From NCBI RefSeq assembly GCF_004010195.1, contig NC_057718.1, positions 19,544,104-19,608,103 on the forward strand: a stretch of DNA of 64,000 bases. The letters run 5' to 3'. A program made the position numbers and the translations under genes. Below are positions 52,281 through 64,000 of the stretch, one piece after another. Under the pieces are notes generated by a model that saw only the letters and a list, made by a program, of their open reading frames with translations, did no database searches and had not been told where the DNA came from. Each line of letters starts with the position of its first letter. Within the stretch, counting starts at the first letter, position 1. This stretch comes from Chiloscyllium plagiosum (lineage: Eukaryota).

Positions 52281-52864
52281 GCTTCCCTCTTGCTAATTGT
52301 CAGTTGATAAATTCTACAGTGTCAGTGGCCTCTTGATGACTGCACTGTGCAGATTTGGTGACAGTATAGTGCCATCATCATTGAATTTTCATTTTGTTGG
52401 TGTATGTGAGTCAATGCTGTTGCTACATTAAATTGCAGTGAAATATAACCATTTTTCTGATCATTGTAATTCCATGAGCTTAACTGTCAGATTATGTTGC
52501 ATTTATGCAAAAATGATCAGACTGCGATCAAGAAATCATGAGGAAATTTGGTTAACTTCTTGTTTTCCAGATTATATCAGTCTCAGCCTTCTGGAGGAAT
52601 GCACAGGAGTGTTGGAAGAAGGTCACTGATCTCCTCCATTCCACCAGCATAAATCCCAATATCTTCTCTCTGTTATAAGACGCTCACTCTATGCCTGTGT
52701 CTACATGTATTTCCCATGATCTGCATTGCAAACCAGCCATCCAGAAAAGCACTATGTACATCAGCACAGGAAGTAATGCAATGTAAGATGATTTTGCTGT
52801 TTCATGCAGAGCCTTGTGGGAAAATGTAGGCCATAGTGAGAGATTCTCCAATAAAGTTATCATT

Positions 52865-53171
52865 GGGCGGCACAGTGACACAGTGGTCAGCACTGCTGCC
52901 TCACAGCGCCAGAGACCCGGGTTCAATTCCCGCCTCAGGCGACTGTGTGGAGTTTGCACATTCTCCCCGTGTCTGCGTGGGTTTCCTCCGGGTGGTCCGG
53001 TTTCCTCCCAAAAATGTGCAGGTTAGGTGAATTGGCCATGCTAAATTGCCCATAGTGTTAGGTGCAAGGGTAAATGTAGGGGAATGGGTCTGGGTGTGTT
53101 GCTCTTCGGCAGGTCAGTGTAGACTTGTTGGGCCGAAGGGCCTGTTTCCACACTGTAAGTAATCTAATCTG
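52865..53171 (+). mobile_element. HE1-type SINE (young, CpGs retained)
   Basis: GGGCGGCACAGTGACACAGTGGTCAGCACTGCTGCCTCACAGCGCCAGAGACCCGGGTTCAATTCC...(TAATC)n end. Confidence 0.92.
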
Positions 53172-54499
53172 ATTTGACTTACCTTAAACTCTCCATAGAT
53201 ATCCTGCATTAGTCAGACAATGCAAAGAATATTGAAGGTAGATTCTCTGCTGCTGAAGATAACCATTGCCTGGCACTTGTGCGCCACACTTAACCAGCTC
53301 AAGCCTGAATGCTTTCAAAATCTTGCTAAATGTCAGTATGGGCTACTAGCACCTAAGGAGTGTGACCATGGAGCCATGGCTGGTACAACATAATGCAAAG
53401 CTTGTGCTTGAAAAGCTTGAAGATTACTGTGGGCAGAAAAGACAGGAAGAGAAGACAGTCATAGCGTTGAAGTCCTGGGAAACAATGAGCTGGAAAAAAC
53501 AGTTGAAGGATGAATAGGTCTTGAAATTAATATAACCAGAGATAGAGAAGGAAGAGTGTTTAGGATTGGTGACTTTGGAGTTTAGGAAAAAAATAAGGCT
53601 CAGTGGAGCATGACTATGACAAATATAAAAAAAGAAAAATCAGTTATGACATTAGACAGAAAGGTTAGAATGGAAATAATTCACCAACCAGATGTCATAG
53701 TCATAAAGTCATAGAGAGGTACAGCATGGAAACAGACCCGTCCATGCCGACCGGATATCCCAACCCAATCTAGTCCAGTTTTATCTTGTTTCCTTTTCAG
53801 CAGTCTGAGAAAAATATAAAATTAATAACATCAAGAAATATAAAATAGAAGTCAATGCCACCAAAGTTGGAGCCTTCCCCGCCAACTACAGAAGAGAGAA
53901 AGGTTAACCTTGAACAAAGATATTCATGGGAGGCTAAAAGACTTCATTGCAAATCAAACTTTCTTTCACCCCAGTATACCTAACTAATCAATTGTTGACG
54001 TGTTCCCATCCAAAATACATCTTTGATGATGAAAAATGTGAGGATCTACTATAGAAGAGAAAACAGAACTTTTATTCGATGATACTAAAAGCTGGCTAGA
54101 TTCTGTGATGAGTGGCCAACATAGCAGTTATATAGCAATAGGCGATTGGCATGTGAGACAGGTGGAGGATTTCAAGAACTTGCCAAAGAAGGCTCCAGAA
54201 TTAATCAGGATTAAGGAGTTTGTTTATTGAACTCACTCAAGTGAAGTGAAAAATTTATTTAAAATGTGAAGACCTGCTCCAAATTCTGCTACATACACAC
54301 ATGCACACCAGAATACAAGCAAACAAGATGATGTACCGAGTGAAGGATAGTGGAATTGAAAAGAAAACACTTACAATTCTTCAATGAAGGAATTACATAT
54401 TGAACTGGTGGATCTTCTGTATGGTAGATATCACCATTTCTAAAAGAATCTGGTTCGCAGTCAATTTTCTCTAAGGGCTGATCATTTTTTAAATGAAGT

Positions 54500-55183
54500 C
54501 ACGCCACCAAGACAGAGAGAATTCTTATTCTTGAGGTTATTGCTGTGATCAAGCTGCTCCTTTAACAAGGTTATGCTGTTTTGGCTTTTTTCTTCAGAGA
54601 GATCATAAACAACATCGACTCCGAAAAGTTTGAGGTTGAACGGTTTTAGGGCCAGTTTGATTATAGTTAACAGATACTGCCTCAGACAAAAAGCTTTCAA
54701 GTTTTAAACAAAACAGTTGTACAATGAAAGGAGAGTGGCCAGTTCTCCTAGATCAGCTTTACTCCAGTTTGGTTTGGTTTGGTTTTCAACAGGAGTGGGA
54801 AAAAGCTGCTGGACCCAAAGAAGCAGGTCCAGGTTGGTACGCTCTCTCTCTGATTTCTCTCCTGTAAGACCCTGTGTTTGATTTTACCTTTTGTGCCGAG
54901 GGGTGTTAATGGGGATTGTTGCAAGTAATTGGAACAGCATCATTGAGTTAGGATGATCTGCTGGGTTTTTGAGAGGATAAGTTATTCAGTATTCTGTTTT
55001 TTGTTGTTTGTGTTTCATTCAGTAATCTTGTAAATAAATTCTGTTTTGTTTAAAACTAAGTGGTTTGACCAGCGGCATCTCTCCTGTAATATCCACTTCA
55101 CACCTACTGAAAACAACTAGCAAAGTTAGAGTCTGGGCTACCTTCTTGAAATGTTTTGAGGGGGTCTAGCCTGATCCTTAACA
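54500..55183 (+). mobile_element. Solo-LTR-like element; a related copy lies in opposite orientation at about 57308-57905
   Basis: Both end GGGGGTCT(A/G)G.CTG.TCC.TAACA and have AATAAA-like signals. Left boundary uncertain. Confidence 0.45.
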
Positions 55184-55269
55184 CTGGAAGTTCTGAGATG
55201 CTATTTCATGTTTCTGGGCATCTCTTTTTCTGAAGTGATAATGAACATCCTAAATCACGGCTACTTGCT

Positions 55270-55480
55270 GGTTGGGGGATTGGTTACCTCAACTGGTTAG
55301 ACAGTGGATTTTGATACTAGTAGATATTAACAATGTGGGTTCAATTCCTTTGCCAGCTGAGGTTACTGTGAATGACTCTCCTACTCAACCTCTCCCTCAC
55401 TTGAGGTATCAATGCCCTTAAGTTAAACCACCACCAGTCATCTCTCTCTAATGAGAGAACAGCATATAGTGACTTTATCT
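55270..55480 (+). mobile_element. tRNA-derived SINE of a further family; related copies at about 15670-15820 (+) and 48355-48535 (-)
   Basis: B-box-like GGTTCAATTCC and shared GTTAAACCACCACCAGTCATCTCTCTCTAATGAGAG. Confidence 0.55.
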
Positions 55481-56749
55481 TTACTTCACAGGAGGTAACT
55501 TCAATGTGGGAAATATCTGGCTGCTGAGGGGGGCAGTCCTTTTTTTTTAATGGCCTCTTGTATTGCAGTGATAATGTCCTTATTCCTGAACTAGTAAGAT
55601 CTAAGTTTAAGTCCCACATGCTCCAGACATGTGTGATAGCAACTCTGAACAGATTTGGAGAATTTAAAATACTTTTTTTTAAATGACCAGGTGATTACTC
55701 CCTTGGATAATCTTTAGCCTGGTGGTTGCAGTCAGTCCTAGTCATTAGATATTCCACTGTATTTTCTCGTGAATTTGGCTTTGACTTTGTGACTTTGAGA
55801 GCCATTGTAAAGTGTTCCAGCATATTTTTAACTGTGTTTCTCTGAAACCCATTGTCCAAGGCTTTTAAATCAGCTGATTACATTTCTACGATGGATAGTA
55901 TATACTTTATCATTGTAACACCATTCTTTTTCCTCTGGAATACAGTTAAAATGCAACCTAGATGAGGCAAAGATTTCTCTGAAGGCCGTAAACAGCTTTT
56001 TAAAGACTTCTTTTCTGCTTTCCTGATCAAGTTCAATAATGAAATGTCTCCCTATCCTCTTCCCCTGGAGGCTGTGACTTTTCTCCACCCCCAAGATCCC
56101 AGCCTCATTCCTGATGAAGGACTCTAGCCCAATATGTTAATTCTCCTGCTCCTCGGATGCTGCCTGACCTGCTGTGCTTTTCCAGCAATACACTCTCTCC
56201 TCCATTTTGACTTCTTGTCATATGTCAGCTGTAGACACCCTTGTTAGGGTAACAGGCTGGAAATCAAATTCCACTATTCCTGGAGCTGCCACAGAAGTTA
56301 AAGATTTTATGAAAGCAAAATTCTCCAATCTACCTGCCTTTTAGACCCAGGTTGAGAAAAAGCACAGGCCAGGTTTCTGTACTTAACAGGAATTGCTTTT
56401 CATAACAAAAAGGTTGACGCTAGCAACAGATAAACAGTTATGAACTGCCAACATATGACCCTATTGGTTCTAACCTCATTATAAAACTCCCTCTAGACAC
56501 ACTTGCAGATATTGAAAACCCTAAGTGTAAATGGGTAGTGGGAAAGGCTGGGAAGGCAGTTCAATGTAAGGTTCATGGACATTGCTGTTTCGCCTTGTCC
56601 AATGTGCTGCTCCTTCATCTCCCTTCTCCAGGTACTTTCCTTCACTGAAGGAGGGACAGGGTGATTGGTTCACACTTTTAAAGTTTTTGACTTGTTAGTT
56701 AAAAACCACATCTTATAGCAACCGATGAAGGAAAATAAAGGAAGTTGAT

Positions 56750-56995
56750 GGCCTCGTGGTGGAATTTGAAAATCTGGGACTAAGAGTCCAATTGTATCAC
56801 TGTGTCCAATTGTCAGGGAGAAATCCATCTGGTTCACTAATGCCCTCACGAATGGGAGGAAATCTGCCATCCTTACCCGGTCTTGCCTACATATAATTCT
56901 GGACCCACAGCCATGTGATTAACTCTTAACTGCCCTCCAGGCAGTTATGGATGGACAATAAATACTGGCCTGACCAGTGACATGAATGACTAACA
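56750..56995 (+). mobile_element. Shark SINE fragment; related copies at about 3185-3390, 16990-17160, 18160-18475 and 63185-63525
   Basis: Shared CCATCTGGTTCACTAATG...GGAAATCTGCCATCCTTACC.GGTCTGGCCTACAT.TGACTCCAGACCC core. Confidence 0.6.
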
Positions 56996-57904
56996 AAGAG
57001 AAAATGATAACTCCTTCACTTTTGGAAGTCTTGAATGGCTTCTGATCAAACATTCCCTCTCACAAGCTCTTCAGCTACCTGGGGACCAATCACATACTAG
57101 TTGACAGCCAGAAGGTCTTTTTCATTGACAACTGGTTGCAATATCCCAAACCAATTGCCTACTTATTGCCAGTTGAATTTTCCTTAATACACATCCCATT
57201 GCTCCCGCTTATCTGTAGAAACTTGCCCCACTAAACAAACAGCAGTGTAAACAGTACTTACAATGAGTTTAAACTGCATTTAAAAAGTATAGTAATCCTT
57301 TCCACAATGTTATGGACCAGACCAGACCCCCTGCAAATTTATCAAGGAGAAAAAACCCTAACTTTAAAGCAAAGTGTAAGGTGTTTTTTTTTTGAGATAT
57401 AATTCAATTGGTCGCACTACTTGGCTTTAAGCAAAACTCACTTTATTTGTATCCTTAATTAAAATACAAACAAAAGAAAGACTAGTTGGTATAACTTTAA
57501 CTCTATTGGAAAACTTAACAGAACAATTGATTATTTAACTACTAAACAGCAACTGTTCCAATATAGTAACACCCCATAAAAACACCCTCAGCAAAGACAA
57601 ATGCAATAAAGTAGATTGTCTCATATACAACTCGGGCAGCAAAAAGAAAACCTAAGTTTTTAGCTGTAACAGAGAGAGAGATGTAGCAGATTCGATAACC
57701 AAGTTCAAAACCCCAGCAACTGCTGGAAAGCTAAACTAAAACCCTGGTTCTGTGGGAGCCTGACTCCACTCAGTCATGCTGCTTCTACCCTTTCTAACTT
57801 TAAAAAGAAACCCCACGGCCTCACAAGCTGTTTACTTTATTGGCTTGAAGGAGACAGCTCAGCACCTGAGGCTCGAAACCTTTCCATAGTAAAACAAAAG
57901 AAAC

Positions 57905-59487
57905 CTCTGGATTTTGAGTGCAAGCAGCAGCGGAGGTAAGACGAATCCGAAGACTGCAGCTAAGAAGGCAGTTTTTTAAAAAAATTACTTAGCAGTAGCG
58001 GACAGTGGTGTTTTCCCTTTCACAGAAGGAGTGGGAGCAGCGGGGGAAGTGACGAGGACCGGAGGGGCAGCAGGGAAGGAAGCAGGGAAGCAGTGACCAT
58101 ATATATCAGCAAGGCGGCTAAACCCGAGACTCTACTACTGTCTCAGGTAGTAGTAGACCCATCCTCCTCCTCTAACCTAGTTAATAAGGTAACATTCATT
58201 CTAAACTTCCCCTATTGAATATAAGTTTGTTATTAATTTTATACTTTAGTACTAAGTGGGTGTTCAGATAAGTTGGGTATGGATGCTAGGGCAGTTGCTT
58301 GCTCCTCCTGCAGAATGTGGCAGGTGGGAGACATGGCACACGTCTCTGCTGGCTGCATCTGTGGGAAGAGCATCCAACTCCAGCTCCTTGAAAACCGTGT
58401 TAGGGAATTGGAGCTGGAGCTGGATGAACTACGGATCATTCGGGAGGCTGAGGGGGTAATTGAGAGGAGTTACCGGGAATTGGTCACTCCTAAGGCTCAG
58501 CGCAAGGATAAATGGGTTACAGTTAGGGGGAGGAAAGGGGACAGTCAGACAGTGCAGAGATCCCCTATGGACATTTCCCTCAGCAATAAGTATACCATTT
58601 TGGATACTGCTGGGGGGGGGGAATGACCTACCAGAGGAAAGCCATAGCAGTCAGTTCTCTGGCACTGAGCCTGACACTGTGGCAAAGAAGGGAAGGGGGC
58701 AGAATAGAAAAGTACTCGATAGGGGACTCGATAGTTAGGGGAATCGACAGGTGATTTTGTGGTCAGGATCGGGATTCCCGGAAGGTATGTTGCCTCCCTG
58801 GTGCCAGGGTCCGGGACGTCTCCGATCGGGTGTATAAGGTTCTAAAAGGGGAGGGCAAACAGCCAGAAATCTTGTTACATATAGGCACTAATGATATAGC
58901 CAGGAAAAGGATTGAGGATATAAAAAGTGATTTCAGGGAGTTAGGTTGGAAGCTGCAAAGCAGGACGAACAGAGTAGTGTTCTCTAGTTTACTACCGGTG
59001 CCACGAGATAGCGAGGCGAGGAACAGGGAGCAGGCACAGCTTAATACGTGGCTGCGCAGCTGGTGTAGGAGGGAGGGCTTCAGATATGTAGATAATTGGG
59101 ATGCCTTCCGGGGAAGGTGGGACCTGTACAAAAAGAATGGGTTGCATCTGAACTGGAAGGGGACCAATGTCCTGGGTGGAAGGTTTGCTCGAGTAGTTCA
59201 CGAGGGTTTAAACTAGTATGGCAGGGGGGTGGGAATCTGAGCTGTATACCGGAGGTGAGAGTTGATACAGATGAGGCAATAGCAAGAGGTAGACCAGCTA
59301 GTGGGAAGGATTTTCCTGGCAAGGAACCAAGGTATCAGTTAAAGTATGTTTGCTTTAACACAAGGAGGATCAGGAATAAAAGTGACGAACTCTAGAACAT
59401 GGATCAGTACCTGGTGCTATGGTGTTGTGGCCATAACAGAGACATGGGTTTCTAAGGGGCAGGAATGGTTGCTGGATGTTCCAGGGT
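57905..59487 (+). mobile_element. CR1 LINE 5' end: 5' UTR, ORF1 (Zn-finger/leucine zipper plus SGNH esterase) and start of ORF2 endonuclease. Frameshifted, runs into a gap
   Basis: CSSCRMW...LLENRVRELELELDEL; esterase motifs GDS, ILLHIGTNDI, NGLHLN; endonuclease start CFNTRRIRNKSDEL and VVAITETW. Confidence 0.9.
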
Positions 59488-59987
59488 NNNNNNNNNNNNN
59501 NNNNNNNNNNNNNNNNNNNNNNNNNNNNNNNNNNNNNNNNNNNNNNNNNNNNNNNNNNNNNNNNNNNNNNNNNNNNNNNNNNNNNNNNNNNNNNNNNNNN
59601 NNNNNNNNNNNNNNNNNNNNNNNNNNNNNNNNNNNNNNNNNNNNNNNNNNNNNNNNNNNNNNNNNNNNNNNNNNNNNNNNNNNNNNNNNNNNNNNNNNNN
59701 NNNNNNNNNNNNNNNNNNNNNNNNNNNNNNNNNNNNNNNNNNNNNNNNNNNNNNNNNNNNNNNNNNNNNNNNNNNNNNNNNNNNNNNNNNNNNNNNNNNN
59801 NNNNNNNNNNNNNNNNNNNNNNNNNNNNNNNNNNNNNNNNNNNNNNNNNNNNNNNNNNNNNNNNNNNNNNNNNNNNNNNNNNNNNNNNNNNNNNNNNNNN
59901 NNNNNNNNNNNNNNNNNNNNNNNNNNNNNNNNNNNNNNNNNNNNNNNNNNNNNNNNNNNNNNNNNNNNNNNNNNNNNNNNNNNNNNN
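59488..59987. other. Assembly gap (other gaps at 28638-28830 and 45923-46133)
   Basis: Runs of N. Each abuts a young repeat or a tandem array. Confidence 1.
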
Positions 59988-60409
59988 CAGATCTAACTCA
60001 ACTATTACTTGAACTCCATTAACTCAACACATGCTTGAAGATCAAACACAGGTCCCCTTGTCCTATTCAATGTATACAGTGGGCCCTGTGAATTTGGTTC
60101 CAAATGGCCTCCTCTCACAATCATTGGCCACAAGTTGCAACTTGCATCTACTCCCTCCTATTCCTGATCAGACTTACCACATAGACTGATTATAGCACAG
60201 GAGGCCATTCAGTCCCTTGTGTTGTGCTGGCCATCTGCAAGGTTAGGGCTAGTCTCACCAACTCCCTTTACCTTTCCAGAGCTACAATATTTTCTTTTCA
60301 GGTGCTTATCCAATTCCCTTTTGAAAGGTAGAACAAAATCTGTCTCTACCACCCTCCACCCTCTCAGGCAGTTAAACCCACATCCTATTCTTGGCAATGA
60401 AAGCTAACA

Positions 60410-60504
60410 TTCCTGATGAAGGGCTTTTGCCCGAAATGTCGATTTTCCTGCTCCTCGGATGCTGCCTGACCTGCTGTGCTTTGTCAGCACCACTCTAATC
60501 TAGA
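60410..60504 (+). mobile_element. 95-bp Penelope-tail mini-insertion with hammerhead motif and 15-bp TSD
   Basis: CAATGAAAGCTAACA at 60395-60409 and 60505-60519 flanks TTCCTGATGAAGGGCTTTTGCCCGAAATGTCGATT... Confidence 0.8.
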
Positions 60505-63500
60505 CAATGAAAGCTAACAGAAAACTGAAAAGGTTCTGTTGGAGGAAGATGGATTTGCTATTGATGAACAAAGATCTCATGAGCTTCACTGATGGAGATA
60601 TTTATAACATCTCGCTGCTATCATTCTATTTATATCATAAATTTTAATTATGGCGTTCAAGCTAATTGATGTTTTATGAGGTCACAGGCAGACATGAAAA
60701 TTATCTTTACAGGTTCCAGACCACCCACATTCTGGTTAACTACTCATTAAGGCAATACCTAAGAATGCTAAATGGTTAAGTAGGACAAGTAGCTATGTAC
60801 TCTGCAGTTAACTGGGACAATAGAGGCATTCTAAATAATCTTTGTTGGACTTCACCATTTGAATGCTCCAGATGAGCATTTTATGCTCCCTTCCCGCCAC
60901 AATGCAATTTTAAACAATCAAATGAAATTAGGAATACAACCCAACCCAACCCCTCCGGGCAGCAGGACTCTACACCAACAGTAAAGCTGCTGCTGCCTTT
61001 GTGGGGTAAGTCTCCAAATAGCTAACACACACACACACATACACCTTTTTGACGTTTTTCCCACTCTGACCTGTACAGGACAGTATTGGAGAGATTATCT
61101 GGGGAAGAAGGTTTTAGGGTACACCCCTATGTAGAACTCCAGTGAAAGTGTGTGGGGGGAGATAGCGAGGGCAGGAGATCAGTCATTTAGAGACGGTGCC
61201 TGGACTATCCAGGACTGTCCTTGGCAGCATTTCAGTGAGCCGAGTTTGTTTTTAATCATTGTACCTGTAAACAAAAGTCACAATCACGGTTGAAACAGCT
61301 CTTTGACGTATTGTTTCCATCGGGACTTTGAGATCCCCTTCAGATAATTGATATTTAGATAATTGAGGTTCCTCTGTACTCAAAAAAGACTTTGCTCCCA
61401 CAGGTCTCTGTGGCAAGGAATTCCAAAGACTCACAACCCTCTGAGAGATTAAATTTCTCCTCATCTCAGTCTTAAATTAGTGCCCCTTTATTCTGAGCCT
61501 ACGCCCTCTGGTCACAGACTCTCTGTGAGGGGAAACACCCTCTCAACATTCACCCTGTCAAATCCCTTAAGAATCCTGTATGTTTCAATGGGATTATCTC
61601 TCACTCTTCTAAATTCCAGTGAGTAGAGTCCCAACCTATTTAGGCTTACAAACAGATGTGGAGCAATGGATAGTGTCCCTCCCTCTCGATTTGGATCCCA
61701 CCTCAGGACCTGATGATGGGCACTGAAGGTGAATTTGTGCTGGTCAACCTGTAGATCCTTACCAGACAGCCAAAACAGGTGATAACAACAGGTGAGTTTC
61801 AGGGTCAGTCAGATTCCACATTTCTGCAGCTATAGTTCTTACAGCCTCCTCATGGTTAAAGACTGAGGCAAGTGTCCTCCTTGCTTCAATTGGCTGCTAT
61901 AGAGAGAGATAACAGAGAAAAACAACCCAATTTGTTTAGCTTTGCCACAGTGTCAAACATTAGTTGATGTTGCTGTGAGTTAAACTGTAATGTGAGTCTC
62001 CTCTCAGTTTCCCCCTTGTTTGCAATATCCAAAACAGTGGGGTCTTTGAATCAGGCATCACACTATTTCAATCGACAGTGTTAACACTATCAAGGAAACC
62101 TTTTCCTCTTGCTCAGTTTCAATTACAAAGTAATTTCATCATTCATCAGAAGCAATATTTAAAATCCTGGTACTCCCTTTTGAGAACAAAATCCCTCTAG
62201 GCCTCAACAGTTCAGAAATTGTGTCACCTTATGTTCACCAAATCATGCGTACTTGCCAGAAAAAATGTCCCCGCTCCCTCTACCATTGAAGACAGAATTT
62301 TTAGCAAAAGCGTCACTGCGCCTTCAACTTTATTTTCATAACAGTTCAGCCTTGCTACATTTTTCCCCACTTTTAAAATGCTGCTTAAAATCTGCCTCTT
62401 CACTTTTGCTTTCAGACTTCTCCCCTGATTATTTACCTTGGTGAATATCCAATCTGCCTGTTTTAAATCAGTTGGAATAGTTTGTTGTATTGAACATATT
62501 TTATAACTGGAAATAGTTTAACTTTGAAGTTGTTCTTCACTGAGTTGGAGGGTGCCAATTCAAATCCGAGCCAGTCAGTGAAAAAGAAACTGTTCTTTGT
62601 GGATACTCCATCCTACAGCCCAACCACCAGCCAGTCCCACCTGTTCCCCTATAGATAACATTCAGTGAACCTCTTCAGCAATGCTATTCCACAGCTCTGG
62701 AGCAGGTGGGTCTTGAACCCAAGCTTCTGGACCTGATATAGGGACATAACTAGTGCGCCACAAGAGCCCTCTACGTATCAAACTATTAATTTCTTAATCC
62801 CCTACCCCCAGCAGATATCTAGATCTTAAGCAAGTACATCAAGTGTCTTCCTCAGCTCTTCCCAAACAGGATGATAATGTCCCACCTTCTTGGACTGATA
62901 AAATGACAGGTTAATGTTTTCAAAGACCATATCAAATCAGTGGGAGCTCCAGAGAACTGCTTTGCTCACACTATTATTCGGTATCAATATTAAGGAACTT
63001 AGCAGGTAGCACTTTCAACTCAGAGTTGGAAGTGTCTGGGTTCAAGATCTGTTTCCTGATTTGAGAATGTCAGCTCATAAGGGAGAAGGGTTCTATCCGA
63101 AACATTGACTTCTCCACCTCCAGATGCTGCCTGGCTTGCTGTGTTGTTCCAGCCTCCTGCTTGTCTATCATAAGGGTGATGATGACATGGTGCTGATATT
63201 ACTAATGAGCCTGTGTCCCTCCCTAAATTTCTTAAAAGCATGGGTTCAAATTCCACCAGCTGGTAGAATTGAAATTCTGCTACTTTATTTTTTGGTAATA
63301 GTGACTGTGAAATTATTATCGATTACTGTCAAAACCCATTTAGTTCACTTACGCCCATTAGGAAAGGAAATCTTCAGTCCTTACCTGCATTGGACTACAT
63401 GTGACTCCAAACCCCAGCAATGTGGTTGACTTTTAACTGTCTTTGGAATGGCCCCCACTAACTATTCCATTCAAGGTCAATTAGGGATGTACATCAAAAG

Positions 63501-63665
63501 CAGGACTTTCCAGAAATACCCAGAAGCAAAGCAAAGGAAAAAGAAATCAAGACTGAGACTCCCATGCAGCACTGGGGGAGTTCCTTGTGAAACAAAATGT
63601 TAAAGCAATGTGTTACCTACCCTGTTTGGTGGTGTTCAGGATCCCACATTATTATTTCAAAAAAG

Positions 63666-63985
63666 AATCATAGAAAATCTCTATAACATAGAAGCAGGCC
63701 ATTCAGCCCATCAAGTCCATACTGATCCTCTGAAGAGCATCTCACCCCAGGCTCACACCCCCACATCCCCACCTTGTCCCTGTAACCCTAGCTAATCCAT
63801 TAGCCTGCACATCTCAGGACACTATGGGCAATTTAGCATGGCCAATTCACCTAACCTGCACATCTTTGGACTGTGCAAGGAAATCAGAGCACGTGGAGGA
63901 AACCTACACAGACGCGGGGAGAATGTGCAAACCCAACTCACCTGATGGTGGAATCAAACTGGAGTCACTGGCACTGTGAGGGAAG
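63666..63985 (-). mobile_element. HE1-type SINE
   Basis: GGGCAATTTAGCATGGCCAATTCACCTAACCTGCACATCTTTGGACTGTG core shared with the other copies. Confidence 0.85.
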
Positions 63986-64000
63986 AGTAAGGAAATTATC

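Noticed and set aside
59346..60022. Long ORFs spanning the gap
   Set aside because: Length is an artefact of Ns; only the CR1 endonuclease start is real.

Overview
Repeat-rich vertebrate genomic DNA, almost certainly from an elasmobranch (shark or ray), judged from HE1-type and Deu-core SINEs and the CR1/L2/Penelope repertoire. The only host gene found is the 5' end of LTBP1 (long isoform) on the minus strand. It has three phase-compatible coding exons: exon 1 (44476-44867), exon 2 (43001-43071, too short for the ORF track) and exon 3 (14533-14815). Later exons were not found and presumably lie left of the window. The rest is intron or upstream sequence filled with CR1 and L2 LINE fragments, SINEs, Penelope-like elements, Tigger/pogo MITEs, pogo- and hAT-like transposase fossils, solo-LTR-like pieces, CA-rich low-complexity DNA and three assembly gaps. 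Most notable: (1) a tandem pair of tRNA-Ser-head/Tx1-tail chimeric retroelements inside a solo LTR; (2) many Penelope-derived mini-insertions carrying minimal hammerhead-ribozyme motifs whose helix I covaries between subfamilies; (3) fold-back palindromes whose axis lies on that hammerhead; (4) a CR1 copy with a twin-priming-like 5' inversion. Family names and comparisons to human come from recognition and recall, not database searches. Repeat boundaries are approximate.
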